From an uncultured Actinomycetes bacterium (GTDB lineage Bacteria > Actinomycetota > Actinomycetes > S36-B12 > CAIYMF01): a DNA stretch of 64,000 bases. Positions within the stretch are counted from its first letter, which is position 1. Each line of letters begins with the position of its first letter. The stretch lies in assembly GCA_963781015.1 (NCBI GenBank), contig CAWAEB010000006.1, positions 116,264 to 180,263 on the forward strand, given 5' to 3'. Below are positions 33,585 through 41,051 of the stretch, piece by piece. The notes under the pieces were generated by a model, which worked only from the letters and a program-made list of their open reading frames with translations, searched no databases and had not been told where the DNA came from. Both the position numbers and the translations under genes were made by a program.

Positions 33585-34532
33585 ATGCGCGCCATGTGGA
33601 GCGGAAACGTCGCATTCGGGCTGGTCCACATCCCGGTGAAGATGTATGCCGCCACCCAGGACCTCGACGTGAGGTTCCACCAGGTCCACCTCGCTGACGG
33701 CGGGCGGATCAAGTACCAGCGCCAGTGCCAGGCCTGCGAGCAGGTCATCCCGTTCGCCGAGATCGGCAAGGGCTTCGAGGACGAGACCGGGCGCCGAGTG
33801 CTGGTCGCAGAGGATGAGCTGGACTCGCTGCAGGTGCCGCACGGGCGGGATCTGGAGATCATCGAGTTCGCCCCCGCCGCGCAGGTCGATCCGATGTTCT
33901 TCGAGAAGGCCTACTACCTCGAACCGGCCACCGGCGCCGCCAAGCCCTACGTGCTGCTGCGCCAGGCGCTTGAGCGCACCGAACGGATCGCGGTCGTGAT
34001 GATGACGTTGCGCAAGCGGACCCGGTTGGGCCTGCTGCGGGTGCGCGACGACGTGCTGGTGCTGCAGACCATGCTCTGGCCCGACGAGGTCCGGGTGCCC
34101 GACTTCGCCGGCATCTCCGACGAGGAAATCTCCGTGCGACCCCAGGAGCTGGCGATGGCCGGCTCCCTGGTGGACAGCCTGAGCGCGGACTTCGACGCCG
34201 CCGCGCACACCGACGAGTACCGGCAGGCAGTGCTGGACCTCGTCACCCAGAAGCTCGCCGGCGAGGACGTGATCACTGCCGAGGTCACGGCCGAGAGCGC
34301 GGAGTCCGGCACGGTCATCGACCTCATGGCCGCACTCCAGGAATCTGTGCGACGCTCCCAGTCCGCCCGGGGTGGGTCCGAGGCGAAGCCCGTCGAGGCT
34401 TCTGGACCGGAGCCTGCCGACGACGCCCCCGCGGTCGCCACGAAGAAGCCGGCCACGCGCGCTGCGGCGAAGAAGACTCCGGCAAAGCGAGCCACTGCCA
34501 AGAAGGCGCCCGCGAAGGAGGCCGCCGGGTAG
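33585..34532 (+). CDS. ku: non-homologous end joining protein Ku with Lys/Ala-rich C-terminal tail
   Basis: The start is taken at the ATG at 33585 (MRAMWSGNVAFGLVHIPVKMYAAT...). The core is followed by the tail KKPATRAAAKKTPAKRATAKKAPAKEAAG. Confidence 0.9.
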   Translation: MRAMWSGNVAFGLVHIPVKMYAATQDLDVRFHQVHLADGGRIKYQRQCQACEQVIPFAEIGKGFEDETGRRVLVAEDELDSLQVPHGRDLEIIEFAPAAQVDPMFFEKAYYLEPATGAAKPYVLLRQALERTERIAVVMMTLRKRTRLGLLRVRDDVLVLQTMLWPDEVRVPDFAGISDEEISVRPQELAMAGSLVDSLSADFDAAAHTDEYRQAVLDLVTQKLAGEDVITAEVTAESAESGTVIDLMAALQESVRRSQSARGGSEAKPVEASGPEPADDAPAVATKKPATRAAAKKTPAKRATAKKAPAKEAAG

Positions 34533-34785
34533 GCCCCAGTCCAGAACGACGGAACCCGGTGCGCCAGGCACTTCTGGCCGGCCACTGGACGTGCCGGGCA
34601 CACGCGCGTGCTGCCCACAGATCCCTGCGTCGTGGTCGACAATGGAGCGGACGCTGACCGAGGAAGCCACGCCGCGCGGGCAGCACGTGTGGGATGCAAC
34701 GACCAACGACCCGCGCACGGGCGCGGCCCCCGCGCCGAGGACACCGCGAGGTGGTCAGCGAAGCGACGCAGGGAGGAGACAGGTC

Positions 34786-35616
34786 ATGGCTGGTCGGCCG
34801 CTGTCCCGACGCGTTCGCCGCCGACGGTGGGCGTTCGGCCTCTCCACGCTCGCCACCCTCGTAGCGTTCCTGGCGGTGGGCGCGGCTGCCATCGGAGCGA
34901 TGGGTGCGGTAGCACCCATCGAGACCGGTCCCGAGCGGATCACGGGCATCCCCCAGCCGGCAGCGGTGGACTGGAAGGGCAGCCAACCGGACCATGGGGT
35001 CGACGTCTCGTTCCCCCAGTGCGGGCGACAGCTCGGCGACCTCGGCGGCGGCTACGCGATCGTCGGCCTCGACGGCGGCATGCCCGACCGGCCGAACCCG
35101 TGCTTCGCCGAGCAGTGGCGCTTCGCGCTTCGCCAGGCGGGCAGTGCGGTCTACGTGAACACCGCGGACAACGGCCGGGGGGACCCGAAGAGGGTCGGCC
35201 GCCGGGCGGCCGAGGGTGACCTCGAAGCTCTCGCCGAGCAGGGCGTGCCGAAGGGGACGCCCGTCTGGCTGGACGTGGAACTGCCCGAGGTGTGGACCGG
35301 ATCGCCGGCGCGACATCGTCAGGTGATCACCGAGCACCTGACGGTGCTGGCAGAGGCCGGCCATCGGGTGGGCATCTACTCAGCGCCCGCACTCTGGCAG
35401 CAGATCACCGACGGTGCCGCCGTCGACGTGCCCACCTGGGTGGGCATCGGCACCGCGAGCAGGGCCCGGGCCACCCGGACCTGCGGGGTCGACTCGTTCG
35501 GGGGCCGACCCCCAGCGATCGTGCAGCGCATCGGCACCGGCAGCGACGGCCGGCCACTGGACCGGAACCTCACCTGCCCGGGGACCGACCTGAGCGGTCT
35601 GATCCGGCCGAACTGA
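34786..35616 (+). CDS. membrane-anchored GH25/DUF1906-like glycoside-hydrolase-fold protein (putative muramidase)
   Basis: GGGAGGAG (34771-34778) precedes the ATG at 34786. It has an N-terminal anchor (RRRRWAFGLSTLATLVAFLAVGAAAIGA). It then reads GVDVSFPQCG...VWLDVE...GIYS...IVQRIG...PLDRN, in the order expected for a GH25-like barrel. Confidence 0.5.
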   Translation: MAGRPLSRRVRRRRWAFGLSTLATLVAFLAVGAAAIGAMGAVAPIETGPERITGIPQPAAVDWKGSQPDHGVDVSFPQCGRQLGDLGGGYAIVGLDGGMPDRPNPCFAEQWRFALRQAGSAVYVNTADNGRGDPKRVGRRAAEGDLEALAEQGVPKGTPVWLDVELPEVWTGSPARHRQVITEHLTVLAEAGHRVGIYSAPALWQQITDGAAVDVPTWVGIGTASRARATRTCGVDSFGGRPPAIVQRIGTGSDGRPLDRNLTCPGTDLSGLIRPN

Positions 35617-35684
35617 TCTCCCACCCGAACTGATCTCCCACCCGAACTGATCGGCCCACTCGGGCTGATCGGCCTACTCGGGCC
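35608..35684. repeat. degenerate 17-19-bp tandem repeat (about 4.3 copies)
   Basis: CCGAACTGATCTCCCAC occurs twice perfectly (35608-35641). It is followed by CCGAACTGATCGGCCCACT, CGGGCTGATCGGCCTACT and CGGGCC. The repeat spans the stop codons of both convergent genes (TGA 35614-35616; TAG complement 35674-35676). Confidence 0.85.
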
Positions 35685-36051
35685 CGGACCCCGAATCGGC
35701 GCTGGGAAGGACGGCCGGGGCGATCCGGCAGGCGTCGCCGTCCTGAGCGGCCGGGAGCGCATGGCCGACCCGCAGGTGGTCGTACCTGGGCGAGACCCGC
35801 TGCATGAATCCATCCACATACCAGCAACTGGGGATCACCGATACCCCTGCGTCCTCGGCGGCATCCAGGGTGAAGCCCACGAGCTTCGCGGCGATCCCCC
35901 GGCCCTCGTACCCAGGCGAGGTGACCGTGGAGTAGAGCTCCCAGACCCCATCAGCCTCGGCCACGGAGGCCCGACACACCTGGACACCCGCCAGCGTGGC
36001 GGTGAACAGCGAGGGATTCGCGCGGGTCAGGACCAGTTCAGCGGAAGCCAT
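35674..36051 (-). CDS. small GNAT-like N-acetyltransferase (YjdJ-type)
   Basis: 125-aa ORF. It reads ELYSTVTSPGYEGRGIAAKLVGFTLDAAEDAGVSVIPSCWYV, typical of the short single-domain GNAT family. Confidence 0.7.
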   Translation of the reverse strand: MASAELVLTRANPSLFTATLAGVQVCRASVAEADGVWELYSTVTSPGYEGRGIAAKLVGFTLDAAEDAGVSVIPSCWYVDGFMQRVSPRYDHLRVGHALPAAQDGDACRIAPAVLPSADSGSGPE

Positions 36052-36223
36052 GGGCCAACGCTAATCGCTGCGCGCGGTCTGCGCACCCAGGTACCACGGC
36101 CGGTTCGATCGGCACCGATGTGCTCCGCATTCGGCGCGCCGGGTGGATCTGCGAACCGCAGCGTGCCAGCGGACGTAGAATCCTCACGTCACCAACGACA
36201 CATTCCTCACGAAAGGCAAGCCC

Positions 36224-36622
36224 ATGTGGGACTTCAACAACAACAGTCTGCTCGACGCCCTGATGTGGATGCTCGTGTTCTTCATCTGGATCGCGTTCAT
36301 CTTCATCTGGGTCCGCTGCGTCTTCGACCTCTTCGGCGACCACACCCTCGGCGGTTTCGCCAAGACGCTGTGGGTGATCTGCTTCATCTTCTTCGCGCCC
36401 CTGACCACGCTGGTCTACCTCATCGCCCGCGGCAAGAGCATGGGCGAGCGTCAGGTCGCACAGATGGCCGACGCCCAGGCGCAGCAGGAGAAGTACATCC
36501 AGACCGTGGCCGCGAAGACGGTCACGCCGGCAGAGCAGATCACCCACGCCAAGGGGCTTCTGGACTCCGGTGCGATCAACCAGCAGGAGTTCGACGCCCT
36601 CAAGGCCAAGGCACTGGCCTGA
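36224..36622 (+). CDS. PLDc_N (phospholipase_D-nuclease N-terminal) membrane domain + SHOCT domain protein
   Basis: 132-aa ORF. It has two TM helices with a Trp/Phe-rich segment (LMWMLVFFIWIAFIFIWVRCVFDLF...WVICFIFFAPLTTLVYLI) and a C-terminal SHOCT-like segment (AKGLLDSGAINQQEFDALKAKAL). It is visibly less GC-rich than its neighbours. Confidence 0.75.
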   Translation: MWDFNNNSLLDALMWMLVFFIWIAFIFIWVRCVFDLFGDHTLGGFAKTLWVICFIFFAPLTTLVYLIARGKSMGERQVAQMADAQAQQEKYIQTVAAKTVTPAEQITHAKGLLDSGAINQQEFDALKAKALA

Positions 36623-36651
36623 ACGCACGCCTGATCAGCAACCGCTGATCC

Positions 36652-36689
36652 CACGAGGACCCCGGACCGCCGTGTCCGGGGTCCTCGTG
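36652..36689. terminator. bidirectional terminator-like hairpin
   Basis: There is a perfect 16-bp stem CACGAGGACCCCGGAC / GTCCGGGGTCCTCGTG with a 6-nt loop. It sits between convergent genes (stops at 36622 and 36699). Confidence 0.65.
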
Positions 36690-36698
36690 CGTGTTCAG

Positions 36699-37586
36699 TC
36701 AGCCGAGTCGGCCCATCCGCAGGATGACCGGCTCCACCACGGGCGGCGAGTAGTCCACCGGAAGCAACTCGACACGTTCCCCGGGCTGCACATGCGCCCA
36801 ACGTCCCAGGTCCGCGGTCACGACCACCCCGATGATCGGGTAGCCGCCCATCGTCCCGGCATCCGGGCCCAGCAGCATCCACTCCCCCGTCGGCAGCACC
36901 TGGATCGCACCCGGCAGCACCCCGCAGGACATGAGGCCCCCGGGCAGCTCGCCGCGCGGGGCTGGTCCCCGGTCCGCGGACCGGCCCCGACCACCGCCCG
37001 TCACAACCCGCAGCCGTACGCCGATCCGGGAGGTGTCCACCACCTCGACCACGCTGGGCCCCAGTTCCAGGTGCGGGCCAGCGACCGCGCGAACCGCACC
37101 GACGCCAGGTGCCAACCTCACCACGTCGCCGACCGTGTCCGATTCAGGATTGCTGCTGATCGGGATCCGATGTCCCGCCCGCACCGGCGGCGGGCCGAGC
37201 CCGTCGAGCACCGATGTCGATCGGGATCCGAGGACTGGACCGGGACGCAGGCCCCCCGCGACTGCCAGGTACAACCGCCCCTCGGTAGCCAGTGCCAGCG
37301 CCGCGCCCGGGGCCAGGTCCAGCGAGGTCCCCAGTGGTACCCGACCGCCGTCGATCCACGCCTGTCCACGGCCGGTGACCGCTGCGGTGATCCGGGTGCT
37401 CGGACGAAGCACGGCCCTACCCACCAACTCCAGCGACGCCTGGCCCGGGGCGCCACCGACGAGCGAGACGCCGGCGGCCGCCGCGGCGCGATCGAACGCC
37501 CCGGAGACCGGCACCCCGCTGGCCAGATGTGCTCGACCAGCGTCCTGGAACAGCGCGGAACCAGCCAGCTCGACAACCTCGATCAC
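36699..37586 (-). CDS. pxpC: 5-oxoprolinase subunit C (biotin-dependent carboxyltransferase family, KipA-like)
   Basis: 295-aa ORF reading ALFQDAGRAHLASGVPVSGAFD...LAVAGGL...GSRSTS...G. It overlaps the upstream gene by 4 nt. Confidence 0.85.
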   Translation of the reverse strand: MIEVVELAGSALFQDAGRAHLASGVPVSGAFDRAAAAAGVSLVGGAPGQASLELVGRAVLRPSTRITAAVTGRGQAWIDGGRVPLGTSLDLAPGAALALATEGRLYLAVAGGLRPGPVLGSRSTSVLDGLGPPPVRAGHRIPISSNPESDTVGDVVRLAPGVGAVRAVAGPHLELGPSVVEVVDTSRIGVRLRVVTGGGRGRSADRGPAPRGELPGGLMSCGVLPGAIQVLPTGEWMLLGPDAGTMGGYPIIGVVVTADLGRWAHVQPGERVELLPVDYSPPVVEPVILRMGRLG

Positions 37587-39061
37587 CGGGCTGCCTCACG
37601 GAAGGAGACCACGTCTCCGATTTCGAGCAGAGCCGGTCGGTCTGCGCCAGCGTCGAACAGGACCGTGTCCGTGCGGCCGACCAGTTGCCAGCCACCCGGG
37701 GATTCGGACGGGTAGACCGCGCACATCCCGGCAGCCAGCGCCAGCGATCCGGCCGGCACCCGCGGCCTCGGGTCGGCTCGGCGCGCGATGGCCTCGAAGA
37801 TGGGGTCCGAGCTGGTCAGGTAGCCGAATCCGGGCGAGAAGCCCACCGCGGCCACGGTCCAGTGGGCCCCGGCATGCCGGGCGGCCAGCTCTCGGGCGCT
37901 CACCCCGAGGGCGTGGGCCAGGTCAGCCAGGTCGGGGCCGTCGTAGTGCACGTCGATCTGGTGGTCGCGGGTGCCAGGGCTGCCGCTGCGGCCACCATGC
38001 ACCCCACCGCCGGCGGCCAGGCGCGCACCCATCTGCGCGGGCGGGGGTCGGGCCGCGGGATGGTCGAAGACCACCAGCACGCTGGCCAGGCCGGCGACCA
38101 CCTCGGTTCCCGGCCAACCTGCCCGCGCCCGCGCGGCGATCCGCAGGACCCACGCGGTCGCAGGCCCCGCGTGCCCGAGCGGTTCGAGCAGCACGGCCCG
38201 GTCACCGAACGGCAACGCCCGGATCCGCGGCGCCGGGTGGGCATCCCCAGGCACCAACGCAACCTGGGGGCTGGGCGACTCGATCCGGGCCCAGGGAGCG
38301 CTCACCTGCCACCCGGCGTCCAGCAGGGCCGAATGCACCGCCACCGCCACATCGACCGCATCCGGCGTGTCGCCGTGCACGCACATCGAACCGACCACCA
38401 GGTCCAGGGTTGACCCGTCGACGGACCGCACGCGCCCGGCAGCAAGGTCCAGCGCCTGGGCGACCATCGCCGCGATCGAGCCGTGCAGGTCACCGTGCAG
38501 ACCCCGAGCGACCAACTGCCCCGTCGGCTCGTAGCCACGGTCAACGAACCCCTCGGCAACCAACGGGGAGCCAGCCGCTCGGGCGAGCTGGGCCAGGTGC
38601 CCGTGCGGCTGGCTCATCACCGCGACCGGGTAGCCGAGTCGATCGGCGATGGAATGGACCGCGTCGAGCACCACCCGGGCCGGCTCCGGATGGGCCACAG
38701 CCTCGTTGTACAGCGATCCGTGCGCCTTCACATGGGTCAATGGGGCGCCCGCCCGCTCGACGGCACGAGCCACTGACAGGATCTGGTCAACCAGGTCGCG
38801 CACCAGGGCAGCCCGTGCGCCAGCTTCGGCTTGCAACGCTGCCAGGTGCGAGGCTCGCCCGAACCCGCCGCGGTCACGATATGAGGGATGGGCTCCCACC
38901 GAGACCCCGCCGGCCACTGCGCTCTGGACGGCTCGACGCAGCACGCGACCCCCACCGGCGTGTGCGCCCGTGGCGATGTTGGCCGAGGTCACGATCCGCA
39001 GCAGGGCGTCATCGTCGCCGATCCCCTCCCCGAGGTCGGCGTTCAGGTCGATGACGCGCAC
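37583..39061 (-). CDS. fused 5-oxoprolinase subunit A (LamB/YcsF) - subunit B (KipI-like)
   Basis: The N-terminal half reads VRVIDLNADLGEG...ANIATGAHAGG...HVKAHGSLYN (PxpA). The C-terminal half reads ALPFGDRAVLLE...IDVHYDGPDL...GFSPGFGYL...YPSESPGGWQLVGRT (PxpB). Both are in one frame. A GTG at 39061 is preceded by GGGAGGG. An alternative ATG lies at 39106. Confidence 0.8.
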   Translation of the reverse strand: MRVIDLNADLGEGIGDDDALLRIVTSANIATGAHAGGGRVLRRAVQSAVAGGVSVGAHPSYRDRGGFGRASHLAALQAEAGARAALVRDLVDQILSVARAVERAGAPLTHVKAHGSLYNEAVAHPEPARVVLDAVHSIADRLGYPVAVMSQPHGHLAQLARAAGSPLVAEGFVDRGYEPTGQLVARGLHGDLHGSIAAMVAQALDLAAGRVRSVDGSTLDLVVGSMCVHGDTPDAVDVAVAVHSALLDAGWQVSAPWARIESPSPQVALVPGDAHPAPRIRALPFGDRAVLLEPLGHAGPATAWVLRIAARARAGWPGTEVVAGLASVLVVFDHPAARPPPAQMGARLAAGGGVHGGRSGSPGTRDHQIDVHYDGPDLADLAHALGVSARELAARHAGAHWTVAAVGFSPGFGYLTSSDPIFEAIARRADPRPRVPAGSLALAAGMCAVYPSESPGGWQLVGRTDTVLFDAGADRPALLEIGDVVSFREAAR

Positions 39062-39167
39062 TGCCACCACCCTCCCGACCCGGACCGAACCGTGTCGGGC
39101 CAGCATCGCCGACCCTGGCCGGACGGTCAACGCCTCGCCCCCACCTGGGCACGCAGCCGCGGAGCTG

Positions 39168-40895
39168 ATGGGGGTTCTGGACCGAGATCTGCCCTCGCAT
39201 GCCCCTGGATTCACGTACAGTCGTCCCGTGGCCACGACCGAACCCGCCCACCTGGTTGACGCCCTGGACGAGCAGTCCGCGAGCTACGCTGCCGTCCCGG
39301 AGTCGATCATCGAGGCACACCGCACGGCAGCTGTGGGAGCCGCCGTGTTCGACGACAAGGGCACTCTGCTGTGGGCCAACGCGGCCCTGGAGTCCCTGTC
39401 TCAGCTGACCACCGACGAACTGGTGGGTCGCCGGCTGCCGGAACTCGTGTCACGCCTGGACCGTGCCGAGGTCGAGCGAGCGCTGGCAGGGCTGGGCCCC
39501 GACCACGTCACGGTGGCCCGACTTCACGGACCACAGCCCGGAACGTGGCTGCACGTCTCGCTGAGCCTGATGCCGCGGCACGGCGACACCGGCCCAGCCA
39601 TGCTCGCCCAGCTGATCGACATCACCGAGTCGGTGCAGGCCCAGCACTCCCTGGAGGTCATGAGCCGCAACGTCCTGGACGTCGTCGCGCTCGTTGATGA
39701 GGCCGGGATCATCACCTGGGCCTCGCCCTCGATCGCCTCAGTCCTCGACCGGCGGCCCGAGACGCTGGTCGGACGCGAACTCGTCGACCTGGTGGCGCAG
39801 GACGATTCCGGCGGCTACGCCGATGCGCTGGCCGGAGCGGAGCCCGGCATGGAAACGATCGCCCGAACCGTGCGGCTGAGGACCCAGTCGGGGGCCTATC
39901 GCTACATGTCTGTGACCGCAAGACCCGTCCCGGACAACGGCACCGGGCTGCACATCGCGGTCGCGATGCGCGACGTGACCGAGGAGCATCGGGCCAAGCG
40001 CGAGCAGGCCCGAAGCGAGGCGCAGTTCCGGATGGCGATGCTCGGGGCACCCGAGGGCATGGCGGTGGCCGACTCGCAGGACCGGATCGTGCAGGTCAAT
40101 CCAGCGCTGTGCGAACTGCTCGGGATCTCATCTGGGGCCCTGATCGGCCATCGGTTCCGCGAGTTCATCCCCACCGACGAGCGCGAGTCCGTGGACCGGT
40201 GGCGTGAACGCCTCCTGCGCGGCAACTCCTCGATCGAGCGCAGCCAGCACCGGTTGGCCAGCACCACCAACGAGGTCTGGGTGGATCACTCGGTCGGGAT
40301 CATGCGCGATGAGCTGGGCAATCCTGCACTGTTCGTGCACCAGTTCGCTGACCGGACCGCCGCCCGGCGCCTCGAGGCGGACCTGGCCTACCGGGCCAGC
40401 CACGACCTGCAGACCGGGCTGGCGAACAAAGAGTCGCTGCGCACCCGCCTGACCCAGCGGCTGGGCCTGTCCTTGGAGTCCGACGACACCGTGGGGGTCC
40501 TGTTCTGCGATATCGACAACCTCAAGCCGATCAACGACCGGTACGGGCACCTGATCGGCGACGCAGTCATCTCCGCCGTGGCCAGCCGGCTGGAACGCGC
40601 CATTCGCCGTCAGGACGAGGTCGCCCGGTACGGCGGGGACGAGTTCTTCATCGTGCTCGACCACTGCGCATCGAACGAGGAGCTCGCGGTGGTGGCCCGC
40701 AACGTGCAGGCTGCGGCCAGCCATCCCGTCGAGACTCCTGAGGTAGCCGTCGAGGTGAGCATCTCGGTGGGTGCGGTGCTTGCCGAAGGAACGGCAGACA
40801 CCGACGAGGCATTGCGCCGGGCCGACGAGGCCCTCTACCGGGCCAAGCGCCGAGGCGGCAACCAGATCTGCGTCGAAGGCTTCGACGCCTGCTGA
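39168..40895 (+). CDS. cytoplasmic triple-PAS diguanylate cyclase (GGDEF)
   Basis: It has three PAS-like segments (...LLWANAALESL..., ...IITWASPSIASVL..., ...IVQVNPALCELLG...). These are followed by ASHDLQTGLAN...FCDIDNLKPINDRYGH...RYGGDEFFIVL. The start is taken at the ATG at 39168; a later GTG is possible. Confidence 0.85.
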   Translation: MGVLDRDLPSHAPGFTYSRPVATTEPAHLVDALDEQSASYAAVPESIIEAHRTAAVGAAVFDDKGTLLWANAALESLSQLTTDELVGRRLPELVSRLDRAEVERALAGLGPDHVTVARLHGPQPGTWLHVSLSLMPRHGDTGPAMLAQLIDITESVQAQHSLEVMSRNVLDVVALVDEAGIITWASPSIASVLDRRPETLVGRELVDLVAQDDSGGYADALAGAEPGMETIARTVRLRTQSGAYRYMSVTARPVPDNGTGLHIAVAMRDVTEEHRAKREQARSEAQFRMAMLGAPEGMAVADSQDRIVQVNPALCELLGISSGALIGHRFREFIPTDERESVDRWRERLLRGNSSIERSQHRLASTTNEVWVDHSVGIMRDELGNPALFVHQFADRTAARRLEADLAYRASHDLQTGLANKESLRTRLTQRLGLSLESDDTVGVLFCDIDNLKPINDRYGHLIGDAVISAVASRLERAIRRQDEVARYGGDEFFIVLDHCASNEELAVVARNVQAAASHPVETPEVAVEVSISVGAVLAEGTADTDEALRRADEALYRAKRRGGNQICVEGFDAC

Positions 40896-41051
40896 GGCAG
40901 TCCGGTACCGGTCGCTGTCCGCGTCGCTCAAGACCGCCGCCCACCACCCAGCGCAAGGGAGGGGCCTCCACGCCTTGTGCACGGGATCGACGTTTGTTAC
41001 CGTGCGCTACTGGACACTAACTCTCCGATAAGGCGCGGGAGGAGGCAGGTA

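Noticed and set aside
35601-35672. Cluster of five GATC sites as a possible methylation-dependent regulatory switch.
   Set aside because: The GATC sites are simply part of each tandem-repeat unit. There is no evidence for a Dam-type methyltransferase in this window, and Dam regulation is not typical of this group.
36931-39054. 707-aa Arg/Pro-rich plus-strand ORF.
   Set aside because: It is antisense to the well-supported pxpC and pxpA-pxpB genes. Its composition (long runs of R, P, G, A) is typical of non-coding frames in GC-rich DNA.
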